A stretch of 64,000 nt of DNA from Klebsormidium nitens (taxonomy: Eukaryota > Plantae > Klebsormidiophyceae), in contig DF237038.1 in assembly GCA_000708835.1 (NCBI GenBank), positions 152,749-216,748 of the forward strand, in the 5' to 3' direction. Each line of letters opens with the position of its first letter. The first letter of the stretch is position 1. Positions 39,609 to 51,943 of this stretch are shown in pieces. The translations under genes were made by a program, and so were the position numbers. The notes under the pieces are model-generated. The model made no database searches. It was not told the DNA's origin and worked only from the letters and a program-made list of their open reading frames with translations.

Positions 39609-42600
39609 TTACGACCAAGCTTCCACGTGGTACCGCCTGTTCTTCTCGAGATCCTTGAGCCAAGCGGCAGCTTTCTGCTGCGTCATCTGGCCTTCCCGTT
39701 GCGCCACGATCTCGAGAGCAGTGGCCACGTCGGCGGGCATCTTGTTAGCAGAGCCGGCTACGAAGATCGACGCGCCAGCCTGCAATAACGAATGTGTACG
39801 AGAAACATGTGTTGGTCCACGAATAACGAATGTTTAAGATGCGTCTGCGACCAGAAGCAGATACCGGAATCTACAAACCGATGAGAAAGGACGCCTGACC
39901 GGAAGTGCGTGACAGAAAACACATGACCCCTCCATGACTGCGTGAGGGCCTGTTCGCATACATGAACACATACAGTCTCTCTCTCCTCAGCTTCCTAAAC
40001 GATGCCAAACAAAGCCCAAGTCTGAAAGCAAAGAAGAAAAGCAAGGAGGGTAAACGAAACTTCTCTTCAGTTAGGTTCGGAAGGAGGACTCCGTTCGAGG
40101 GAGGAGACACGACAAGATACAACGGAACCCGAAAAAGGGGAAAGCAAGTCGAACGAAAGAGCAAAAGCAAGACAAAACTATGCTGATTCAAAAGGAAGCC
40201 GGTTGCCGCACCTGGAGCAGCTGCCAGACTCTGCGGCCTGGGTCCTCAATCCTGTGCAAGATAGACTCAGGGTCGGAGGAAGAGTCCATTCAGGGTTGGA
40301 GACACGGCACTATAGAACGGTCAAAGCAAAGTTGGACAAAATGCTAAGAGGAATACCAAAACCATGCTAAACAAAGGAAGGCAGTTGCCGCACCTGGAGC
40401 AGCTGCCAGACTTTGCGGCCTTGGTCCTTAATCTTGTGCGTGACGTACACTTTGAGCATCTGGTCCCGGGAGAACGCCACCGAGAGTCCCCCGCCGCGCG
40501 CCTCGCTCAGGACGCCCTCGCCGCGCGCGTACGAAAGCCACTGCACGCGCGAGCAAGCGCTTTAGTGCGCGAGCAAGCCCTTAATGTGCGAGCAAGCCCT
40601 AAATACGTGAGCACGCCCCTTGATGCGCGAGCAAGCGCCTTGATGCGCGAGCAAGCCTTTGGGTGCGCAAGCAAGGTCCTTCGAAGAATTCTTTCTACTC
40701 AACATATGTTTTAGATACTTCTAATCTGTGCTTACCCTTGAACAGTTGAGAGAAACTTGTCTGTACCTACTAAAACCTTTAGAGACCACCGCAAGCTACG
40801 CAAGCCCGTTCAAGAATCCTGAACAGCCTTAGGAACGCCTCAAACAAGACAGACTGCGGTACGAATCACCGTAGTTTGGGGTGTGCAGCAACTGTGAGTG
40901 AGTGGAATGTCGGGCCGACTATTCGCGTCAGCCTGGGGGGTTTTGCGACAAAGACCAGGAAGATTCAAATGCTATGATTCAAAGGCCCATCGGAAAGCTT
41001 CGATGGGCCTTTAAGTGGAGCCTTCAGAAGGTGAAGCGCTTTTGGTTGGTTGGGCGGTAGCCTCCGACCTACGGCCGATTCTCCATGGCACAGAGTTCCA
41101 TCTTCTATTGGAAGTTGTCAGGACTACGGTGAAATGCAGGCAAATGATGACGAACAAGATTCGAGGAAGGGTGTGGAGCGCCGACGAGGACGGGGAAAGT
41201 ACGAAGCAGAAGAGACGGACAACGTCGCCCAGAAAATCTAGGAGCGTCGCAATATAAAGCGCGCAATCCCGTTTGAAGGTGGAGGGGCCAAGATCAATGG
41301 TGAATGACATTGAAGGGGAGACGGGTCGAGTGACCCTGTACCTTCAAAACGCTAGCAAAACCTAAACGGGGAGAAGAAACTGCGAAGAAACTCCCAAGGG
41401 CAACGATCTGTGACGAATCCATCCAAGGAGAGGGTTCGAATGACCCTGTACCTTTAAAAATCAGCAAGAGCGACACCGGTGAACACCGGCGAAAACGAAA
41501 CCGGGAGAAGAAATTGCACGGGAAGATGGGCCGACTGACCCTAAACCTTCAAACACTAACGGCGCCGAAACCAAGAGAAGAGACCGCGAAGGAAGACGGG
41601 TCGACTGACCTATACCTTCAAACACCACAGCGAAGACGACAATATAAAGACAGGTAAACTGACCCCAGAATATCAAACACTAGCGAATCCGAAACCGGGT
41701 GAGGAAATTGCGAAGGAAAACGGGTCGACTGACCCTATACCTTTACCATCAAACACCAGCGAAAGCAAAACCGCAAAAGAAAACTGCGAAAGGAACGCCG
41801 AAGCGCACCTGGTCCTTGTACAGAAAGTCGCCCTTCTCCCTCCGGCACCCGAAGAAGAACATGCACGGGGCGCCCGGCGTTCCGTTCCGCTCCAGTTCCG
41901 TCCTTTCTTCCAGAAACGACCGGAACGGGGCGCAGCCCGTCCCAGGCCCCACCATAACCATTGGCACATTTGGCGGGGGCAGTTTTAGGAACCCCTTGGA
42001 GACCCACACAGGCAGTCGCACTGGTTGAGAGGGGTGGGGTTCGAGGGAGGCGAGCCAGTGCGAGCAGAGGCCGACACGTGTCCGCTTGTAGGGCGTTTGG
42101 AAGCGGACGACTGCGACGGTGACGTGGGCTTGGCGGGGGTGGGCTAGCAGGGAGGAAGAGATGGAGAAGGCACGTGCCTTTAGGCGGGGAACCTGCGGGA
42201 GCAGGCCGGGCTGATTGTTTGGTAAAAAACGAGAATAAAGAAACCGAAGGTAAAGACTTGGTTTCAGAAAGGTGAAGTGCAAAGGTTGTCTAAAGGTGGG
42301 CCAACAGGGAAGAGGGAATGGAAAAGGCACGTGCCTTTAGGCGGGGGACCTGCGTGGAGGCGAAGAACGATCGGTGGAAACGGCAAAGATGGTGAGAACA
42401 ATCAGAGGGGTGACTACGGGAGAGTTGCTCAGGGGACTGCACGGGCACTCGGGCGAGGGACCTGCGGGAGCGGTGGGGCTTAGAAATACTATGGACGACG
42501 GGAGATCAAGAACACGAAGACGGTGACTTTCTTCCTAGGAATGGGAACGCGACGCTTGCTTACTAGGAGAATTCTTGCCCTGGGGGACTTCTTGAGTCTG

Positions 42601-45600
42601 ACAGGTTTGTTCTGGTGAGTTCGTCACAAAAGACGAAATTGGAACGTATTGCCAACTTAGACCAGGCTCTGAGGGTTGCTTGCATCATCCTGAGGCATGG
42701 GAGATGATTTGCCAGCGGTTTTTAGGCCAGAACGATAGGGACAAGGTCCATTTATCCATTTCGACGCGCACTCTGCCGAATTCGGCTGGCCTTGAAAGAT
42801 GAGAGGTCCATTCAGCACCAAACAAAGCCAGTACGGGTTAGACAGACGTTAACTCGAGGAGAAGCAAGCTTGCCAGCTGTCAGCGAACCGGTCCTACTTA
42901 TCCTTACCTTTTGCATGATCCATTCGAGCGGCAGGTTTGCGGATGCAAGAAATAACAGGAGGTCAGACAGCGGCACTCACACCGACAAATAAGCCACCAA
43001 GCTTCTTGATAGGGCTCTGAATGTCTTAGGAATACGGAAGTACGGAGGACAACGAAAGCTTGCCAGCTGATTCTCACCACTTGCAGGATCCATTCGAGCG
43101 GCAGGTTCGCGGACGGGAAGTCGTCCATAACCTCGACCACCGTCCGGCGCTCCCGCTGGTTGTACCGGTACAAGTCGTCCCGCCCCTCGGCGGTCGCGAA
43201 GTACTGCAGCCGTTCGATCTCGTGCTCCGCAGTAGCGAAATGCGCGAGCACCTGGCAAGAAAATAGCAAGAAAATAGCAAAACTGGAGCCTTTGCAGGGA
43301 TTGTAAACTTGGGGATGCGGAAGCGAGAAGCTTGAAAGAGAATGAGAGCTTTGCCTACAAATGAAAGGTTTGAGAACAGAAGTGAGAAACTCAGGGGCTA
43401 TCGTATGCGGACGCAAAGCTTGTACGACTGAAGAGCTTCTGCTACAAATGGGAGAAGACTTGTAAAGCCTAAACATAGAACGTGCAAATAAGGCTTTGAA
43501 GACAACACCAGAAGAGGCGGATGCTCCATTACAATGTCCTATATGCTGAAGCAGGAAGCGGCAAAAGATGCACCCACAGCTTGTGAGAAATTCAGACAGC
43601 TCAGACCGATTCTCAATCGAACCAGGAGTATTCCTTCTATCCAATAACAGGTTGGAACATATAGCGGTGCTTTTTGGGCCAGCAGAGGCTCTCTAAAAAC
43701 GGTCAAGAAATACATAATGACTTCCAAGGGCGTACGTTTACTGCAACATTTTCCCCCCATCTTCCTCACGTGTGCAGCTTCCGCTGAATCTTTCTCTCCG
43801 CCGAGCTGCCCCGTAGATCCATCTCTCCGCCTTTTGAGGTCTCTCCCAACTTCGAACACGTGGCAGCAGCATGGCTACGGTGTCACAAAATGTATTCGCA
43901 GAAAGGAGCTCACCTCGAAGAAGTATCGTCTAGGCGACGCCGACGCCACGTCCAAGGCCGCTCGGACCAGGGCCCCTATTCGGACAGGTCCAAAGCCGTT
44001 CCCTCCATCCCGGTCCATACCATTCCGGTCGAAACCATTCGCAGCCCCGGCCGCTTTTTGTACCTCCTCCACGCCCTCGACTCCACCCCGATCAACTCCT
44101 AGCTCCACTGGGTTAGGTTTGAGGTCAGCGTGCGGGTTAGGTCCTATGTTTGCATACGAATAATTCAAACTATTGTCCGATACACTTTGCTGAGCGTCCC
44201 CATTTGTGTGCTGAACATTCTGCTGACTGCTCGGACCATTCCGCTGGCCGTCCGCGCCATTCCGTTCGCCGTCCGCACCATTCCGCTGGCCGCCGGAACC
44301 ATGCCGCTGGTCCTCCAAGCCCATCTGCTGGCCGTCCAACTCCCCTTCCCGCCCGTCCGTTCCAAGCTGTCGGCCATTCCGTCCGATTCTCCTCCCGTCC
44401 GATTCCGTTTGTCCGGCGTCCGGAACAGCACCTGACTCCCGCAGTTCAATTACAACCTCCGCATCCGCATCAAGACCGCAGCGCTCGCAGAACCGCCGGA
44501 CGACGTCAGGTGAGTTCTCGGGCATGACGTTGATGACGTCACCTGGAGCATAGGTCATGCCGGAGGCTCCGAGGTCCAGCTCGATGTGCCGGACGTCCTG
44601 CTCGTTGTCGGGTGACGTCAGTCTGACGTTGGCGACCTGGAAAGAGGAAACGAAAGAGCGGGACTCCAGTCAATCATGTCCTGAGACGGCACGTGGTTGT
44701 GCAAGGTATCTGGTGAAGCAGACAATTCCAGGATACGTACGAATGCACTCTACCATGCAGAAGCCAACTGCTTTTCGTGACCTCTCTTGAAGAGAGACAA
44801 CCTTGCCTCGAGCTTTCAGTTGAGCGCAAGTGATTGAACGACCGAAAGCAACGGGTTTGAAAGCTGGCGTCGTTTGTTTCAACTTCTCGGAGGCACCTTC
44901 GTAAAAGTTGAAGCGTCTTTTCCAAAGCGGGCACTGGGATGCTTCTTTTCTTCATAGCGCGACCAGCCGCAAACCCAACAGCGAAAGCACGTAGGACTGG
45001 GACAGTCTGGATAGAGAACACATATCCAACATTTGGTATGTAGTGACCATACTCACCATCGTGGCTAAGTACGGGTTCGCTTGGGAGTACCCCAGTCTTG
45101 CACCCGCTCCACCACCGGCTTTCACTTCCTGACCGGAACTAGCGCTCGTTGCAGCGTCCAGTACTGCAATCGCATGCAGGTTCTCTTCCAGTTCGTCTCC
45201 GCTCGCAGACGCCGTGGCGACCGTTGCGTTTCCGTTTCCAATCCGATCCGCTGCCCGTTCTGTTGAGTGTCCGTTTGCAGATGGCTGATAGTCCCTCTCT
45301 GGGCCCAGAACCCTGACTGCTCCTCCAATTGCTTCTCCAACAGCAGCAATCGACGTCGCATCTCTTTCAGAGTTCTCGATCTCCCCGTTTTCTCGCAAGC
45401 CGACCCGCGGTTGTCCCAGGTTCTGCGAATTTAAACTTAACCCTGCCTTTGCATCATTCGAAGGCGCTTCTGACAAAGGCTCAGGGGGTATTCTCTCTCC
45501 AGCTTTGCGCGCTGGCCGAGAGACGTAGGTGACCTTGAACTTGGGCGGATCGAGCACCAGTGCATCGCTTTCTGATGGTTCGGAAGCTCCGGGCGGCAGC

Positions 45601-47494
45601 GGGACGACGTGACGGAGCGCAGACCACAGATTTGCCAGCCACGGGTCCAGAGCCGCCTCGTACCTGCAGCATGACGTCAGGCTGACGTCAGACCTTCATA
45701 CTGACCGTGATCATATCTGAAGAGGACCTTTGCTGCATTGAGGGTAAACCAAGACGGGTATCGCCTTGAGCTGGGGAGAGCTTGACACATGTTGAGTGTT
45801 TGTCGAGAATTTCCAACCGTAACAAGACTCCTCCGATTTTCAGGTGAAGACATTCCAGAAACACCAGAGCGAAACGGCCCAAGACTACCCGTATCCATAT
45901 GATGGAAACGTTATGGACTCCGACATGATTTTGACCAGGTCCTGAAATCGATATCACACGAACACATACAATGTGAGACAATCCACCGCCGGAAAAGCGT
46001 GTCAATGCAAGCTCCTGAAAGCTTTGACTCAACCACCTCGGCAAGGTATGAAAACGGTTTCACTGGGCCCCTGAGTAGCAGTACCCCTTGATGATACGTG
46101 AAGCCGATTGCGGTACCTGAAAGACTGAGATACGGTCTCATGCGGTCACGTTCTATATCAAAGAATGACAAACTGGCAAGCGCTCACAAACTTACCCGGA
46201 TGGATGCTGATCGTCGCCCAGGCCCCGCGGCACGAGCGGCTGAGCCCCCAGATCCAGCAACCTCCTGTCCAGCTTTTTGGCTGTAATATTGTACTTCTGG
46301 TAACCCGAATCTCCTAACCCGAAAACTGCATATCTCAGGTGCTGCAGGCACGCCGGCGGCAGGCTCTTCCTCAGCAGGAACCGCCAGAAGGCGCGCATGT
46401 TGTCGGGGGGATCCCCCTGGCCTGTCGTGGCCGCGACGAAGATTGCAGTTGTCGAGTGCGCAAGCAGAGTAGGATCGCAGCAGTCCATGGAGAGCACGAG
46501 AGGGGCATAGCGACGGCGAGACGCCTCTCGGGCGATGCGCTCAGCGACATCCTGTAACCAGAACAAATCGCAAGATAGGTGCCCAGGTCGCAAATGAAAG
46601 CTCTGGGACATCTGACAAGTTCGAATGTTTTCCGGACACTTGCAGATACTCAGAACAGTTGCCTAAGTTTCAGGGGCCCTTCCAGTGGCAAAAAGGTACC
46701 TAGCTGAGGAACCAAGTATGGCACTCAGAGTGCGAAGACTCCCGCCGGTCACCAATCCTACTAGAGCAGACAAAAGAAGTTCCGTGTGCATACGTGACAG
46801 ATGTGTATCATCTCTGGTTCTAACCATAGAGCACTGCTTGTCTTTGAAATGACTTGCAATAGTGTACGGACCGCAGCCAATAGCTTGGAAAGAAGTTGGA
46901 TAATAGATGATCGAATGAGTGACTCCTCTCACCAACTACTCACAACAAATAGGCTCGTGAGCTGGAGCTGAAGACCTGACACGACTTCGAAGACACAAGA
47001 GAAGAACACGGCTCTATGCAAAACAATGAAAACCCATGGTGGAATAGCAGGCACTCAGAAAGAGGAGGCGGAAGAATTTCACGGTGGTGCGCAAGGCTGA
47101 GCTTCTAGTAGATCAATGCAGTGACGACTTAGCACATGTCACCTTACATAGTAAGCCCAATTAAAATCGCAAACAGGCCTGAAGCTTGACCAACAATTCA
47201 AATTACTGCCACCACGTCGATTCAGCTTGACTTTCTGAGCCCAATGGTTCTACACAAGGGGCAACAGGATCAGACTCAAAACGATCCAAGCGTGGTGTCA
47301 AACCTTCATCCAACTTATGACCACCACTAGGAGCTAATTTCCACATGGTAACCGGACCACGTTCTGAAATCCTTGTACCTCCGCGGACTGATGATCTGAA
47401 GATGGTTCAAGATGAAGGAAAAGAGCAGAGTGCTTTCACTCACCTGCGCATTCCCCGTCTGTGAAGCGTACAAAATCAGAAGCTTTTCCGCCAT
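39609..47494 (-). CDS. NDOR1: NADPH-dependent diflavin oxidoreductase 1 (NDOR1/Tah18/ATR3; cytosolic Fe-S assembly); 8 exons, ~870 aa
   Basis: complement(join 47494-47444, 46551-46196, 45663-45057, 44636-43914, 43251-43078, 42192-41809, 40540-40394, 39779-39609) = 2613 nt, in frame. Motifs: LILYASQTGNAQ, ATTGQGDPPDN, AVFGLGDSGY, RAFSISSS, MVGPGTGCAPFRS, FFGCR, VAFSRDQ, and terminal RYHVEAWS*. Confidence 0.95.
40547..40675. repeat. ~19-20-bp minisatellite, 7 copies, abutting the NDOR1 exon 7 acceptor
   Basis: Core GCGAGCAAG(C) at about 40549, 40569, 40588, 40607 (variant), 40627, 40647 and 40667 (variant). Confidence 0.85.
41290..41800. repeat. Degenerate ~60-115-bp tandem repeat, about 6 copies, in NDOR1 intron 6
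   Basis: Core GGAAGACGGGTCGACTGACCCTATACCTTCAAACAC with variants near 41316, 41430, 41521, 41591, 41651 and 41715. Confidence 0.8.
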
Positions 47495-48001
47495 TGTTTC
47501 CAGCCACTCAAGGACTATAAGAAGCCCCACAAACTACAGACTTCATAGGATTCTGATGTGCGATGCGTGAGAAGGGTTGAAAGAGCTCGTCAATATAAAG
47601 TTCCACCACCAGTGGCAACAGCAGAGCTCTTGAGTTGGCGGAAGAGAAGCCTCATATGCAGAAGGGCAGTAGACTGTGGCAGAAAATCGAATTAAAACTC
47701 TGCATGGGAAAGTGGCGCTTATCACACTTAGGACTATCATACGCCGTCGATTTTGCAGATCTACGGCAGTTGGCATGCCAACCAGTCCGCGGTGACGAAC
47801 CACGCTTCTTGGATTATCTCAAATTGATTTGTGCAATTTCCTAGTCCCAAGACTCCCAACTTCGCAGTTCTCTTGGAATTGTCAGAGTCTCTCCCTGCTC
47901 CACTTCAAATTTCCCTGTGCCTTCTGCCGCTGGGGAAGAGCCGCATCTTCAGCTGAGGTCTTGCAAGTTTTCGGGGGGCTGAGACGGGTGATTCTCAGAA
48001 T

Positions 48002-51000
48002 ATGGCTCTCTCGCAGTGGTCCTCAAGTGCATCTGCGCACTCCTCAGCATTGCTCCAGCTGAGGACAAGGTCGCACGCGGAGGCGAGCTGCTCGATGGTG
48101 GCGGCGACGAGAAGCTGCAGTTGTCCCGTTCTCTCTTCTAGACTTTCTGGAACAACTGTTCCGTCCAGACAGGAAGGGGTGTTCCAAAAGCTGCCATGTA
48201 GATCAAGCAATTCGAACACTCTTTTACACACCAGCTTCCTTGGCGAAAAAATAATCTCAACAAGACAAAACGCCTGCAGCAGCATTGATACAAATCAGCC
48301 GCTTCGTCGAAATCATTCCCCGTCAAGAGGGTATTCACACCACTCCAAGATCTCCGCCTCAGCTTCTACCACCCTCCCCACAATCTCTCTCCGCAATTAC
48401 AGCCCCGAGCCCTTTGTGCGCATCAGCGAGTGCCTCGTCCTTTCTCCCACGGCGGCCAACCCCAGAACCCAGAACCCCAAACCCCGTGGCATCATTGCAT
48501 TCTTTGGCGGGGCATTCGTCGGCGCGGTGCCAGATTTCACATACAGGTCAGGTTACTGATTAGCGTTGCTTTCAGTTTACTCGTAAGTCGTGATGCTGGA
48601 ATCTGCTCCACTTTTGCCAAGCGTGTCACTTCCATGTTTAATCAGCCTGGATCTTGTCAAGTTACATTGTGGGTGGTTGGAGCTGACTTCAGTGGTCTTT
48701 GCTTTTCTCTGTTGGCCTTTATGTTCTGCTAGGAGCTGGCACCGTTCATCTGGCATGGCTAGTCTCCGTTCACATGCTCTACCGTGAAGAACGTGCTTTT
48801 GGAGATTGGCCAAGCCCCCTTGGATGAGGTATCTTCAGAAAAATAGTTATCAACTGCCCCACATGTCCTGACTACAGGATATCCCGTTTCAATCAAGCCC
48901 GGTTTTCTTGCAGGTTTCTGCTAACCCAGCTGGCAGCTGCGGGTTATCTGGTAGTCGCGGTGCCCTACCAGCTAACCTTTGACCATAAGCAGGCAGCCGA
49001 GATTGTAGAGCGCAAGTTCCAGAATTGTCTGGAGACGTTGTACGTGCAAGGGGGCCTGGGACTTGCGGGAGTACCGGGGTCGACGGGGTCAGAGTTGAAG
49101 GAACTGCCGTTGTTTGGCATGGGCCACAGGTACGTTCACTTTTCCATTCATACTTCGTGGTTTCCTTTTTGCTTCTTGGTTTCAAGTTTCATTTGTTGGT
49201 TACTAAGACTGAGCAACATTGCGGTGGTGATTTTTCAACCACGGTTTCAGATTGATAACCGTGACTTGATACGAATTCTCTTCATCGTGTCCATTGTCAT
49301 AGTTGAAGTTAACCATGGACGTGCAGGACCTGTCTGAGAACTTTACCCATCATGGTCATACCTTATCATTGGATTCTTCTTTTGACCCCTTCCGTACGTT
49401 TCATTTGAGGCCTGAAGCTGAAGCTCATCTCCTGCAGCAATGGAGCTCTGCTCCACATGCTGACCAACAGTTTATATGCGGAAGGGGTCCGTCCAAAAGC
49501 AAACGTCATCATGTCATTCAACAACAAGCCCGCGAGCGAGGCTGTGCCCTACTTCGACCAGGTAGGGAGATGAGTTCACGACATTTGCCATGGCCAGATT
49601 GGAACATGAATATGTCATGAGTTACTCTACCTGAGTTTGTGTTACCCACTGGATTAAACGAAAAGTAGAGCGGTATGAAGTCGCACAGTCAACGCGGGGA
49701 ATTTCTTGCCTCCTTTTTGTGGACGCTTGTTAATCCGTCCTTCCTGGACGACATCGGACCTTGTACCAACGCAATCAAGTGTTGTCTTTTCCTCGCTTCT
49801 CTCTAGCAACTGATTGTCGTCGTATTCTCACTTCTTGAGCGAACGGTTTCATGTTTCTGTAGTGATCTGTCCGTCCCTTTGTATGGTCAGTTTCGGACAA
49901 ACGGAACCATCTCACTCCCATCTGGGTGCCAAGACTGCAAAGCTGTGCGTCGCTCACAACATGTGCATAACGAGATTATTCAGTCCGCAAATTGATGTGT
50001 ATTACGACGATTTTTGACGAACCATAAGTTCTCACCTAAACTCTAAACCCCGAAACCCCCCAGGTCGGTCCCGCCGTCGCCCAGTTGGCGCCGGTCCTCC
50101 GGGGATCCCCCTTCCAGGGCCTCGCAGAGGCTTTCGCCTCTGAAGCCACCCGGTTTGCGGCCTCGACCGACCTCCCAATTCCGGGGCTCCCTCGGGAGAA
50201 CCTCGGTCCACTCCTCGAAATCGCGCAGCAGATCGCGCCCGTGATTGGGCAGATTACCGACGGGGTCTCGGAATTTCGGCCGACGCCGAACGAGACGCGG
50301 GCGATTGCGGCGGGTGGTTACTATGTGCCGTCTACCCTGCTGGTGAGTGGATCATGCGGGTTGTGGGCCTTTTTAAGTTGGGCTAAGCTAGGTTATTTGA
50401 GCTGGTAATGTATGTAAATAAGTGGACAACTACGGGCGGCTGCTCGCAATCTGTCTGAGGCCGCCAGAGGTTCGCGGGGTCATGGCGAGCGGTTAGTCTG
50501 TGCCGTCCACTCTGAATGTAAGCCTGAGAATCAGGTATGCAGTGGTGCTGCACATATGTGCTTTTCCGGGCACTCGTAAGCCGCTTTCGCACGGAACTGA
50601 AAGCGGCAGTGATTAATTGCCGTCTCGGCTGCTAGTGATTTTCCATTTGGTGCTGTGCTGGCGGAGGGCGTTGTTGGTCTTTGAATTGGCGCTCTTAGAG
50701 AGGGTGTCGAGTCTCAGCACTGCGCATGGCCATCTTTCGTCTTTGGAACAGGGCCTCGAGAACAACGTTGGATGGAGCACTCTGTGCCATGTCATTGCTG
50801 GTCTTACTCGTCGACTGATTGATCTCGAGACTTGACTCTTTTCCGCGCTTGATAAATCAGAGGTGTCCGCCGAGCTCTTGAATTGTTGTCCTCAGGGCGG
50901 TCTTTCCGACTGCCTGCTTTTTGCGAAGTGCAGATAAAGTTTACGGACGATGGGATAGACGAGACCGAGACCCTGGCCGCCGCGATTCGGACGGGGGTCC

Positions 51001-51943
51001 AAAGCCGGGGGGGCGCTCTGCGGATCCAGGACTTGACGGGGAACCACGTGACCCCCCTGATCCAAGTAAGCGCCGTTTTCCGGACGAGGCTTTGCCCTAA
51101 TCCGCTCTTCTTAGTGTTGAGCAACGAGGTGCAACCTGTCACCGGTTCTGGACTCACCCGACTCTTCGACCGCAGATCTAGTCTCCTCTGAGAAACTGGG
51201 CATTCTCTCCCGCTTGCTTCAAGCATGCGTTCTGTTCTGGGTTTTATTTGCTCGTTTTCCTTCTTCTTGGCTCGTGTTTCTGCCGCTTCTGAAAGAACAG
51301 AGGGCCATGTCAGGGGAGGTTTGCCAAATCGGCCTCGACGACCAGTATCTTCGTCAGAATCTCGCATGCCTGTTCACTTTCAAGATTTTGCAAGTGGTCC
51401 TTGAAGCCCGACTTTGGTGGGGGCTGCGATAGCGGTACCAAAATGCGGCTTCAAAAGATGTTATTTTGGAACCGAATGAGTTTTGGAGTCAGGCCCGTTT
51501 GTGAGTTGTTGTCTACTATCCAGCAGTTGTAGCTGACTTTGGTGCGTCAGGGCTCCGTACCGCTCAGCACAACGCCCACCTCTTGCAAACATCTTTTGCT
51601 ACTGTATGCTGTCAAACTTTGGGTTGCCTCGTTGTGTGGTACGGTCAGAGCGTTTCCGGCCCGTCACAAGTTAATTCGGTTTGCAAGTCGAGGAGGCTAC
51701 TTGTACTGATCACAGAGACGTCTCTGACTTTGGCCCGCCGCTCGTCTCTGGCCGTATGAACGCGTTCCGTAGTGATTAAGTAACGGGTTTGTCGTGACAC
51801 TCACTTTGCAGGAAGTGAAGTGGGAGATCGGAAATGTGTACACTCCTCTCGATGCGGTTAGGCAGACGGTGCAGACTGCGGCGTTGGCTGATACCCGGCG
51901 GTTAGTGTCGGCTATTGTGTCCTTTCTCGACAGCAATATTTAG
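48002..51943 (+). CDS. DUF1350-type alpha/beta-hydrolase-like protein with a predicted plastid transit peptide; 6 exons, 475 aa
   Basis: join(48002-48546, 48914-49129, 49438-49561, 50064-50342, 50934-51065, 51812-51943) = 1428 nt, in frame. Ser/Arg-rich N-terminal ~120 aa. Motifs: GIIAFFGGAFVGAVP, VVAVPY..TFDH, nucleophile-elbow-like GMGHSNG, NVIMSFNNKPA, IKFTDDGIDET, GNHVTP. Confidence 0.85.

Noticed and set aside
42904-43644. 246-aa minus-strand ORF in the ORF track
   Set aside because: It is NDOR1 exon 5 with read-through into the flanking introns, not a separate gene.
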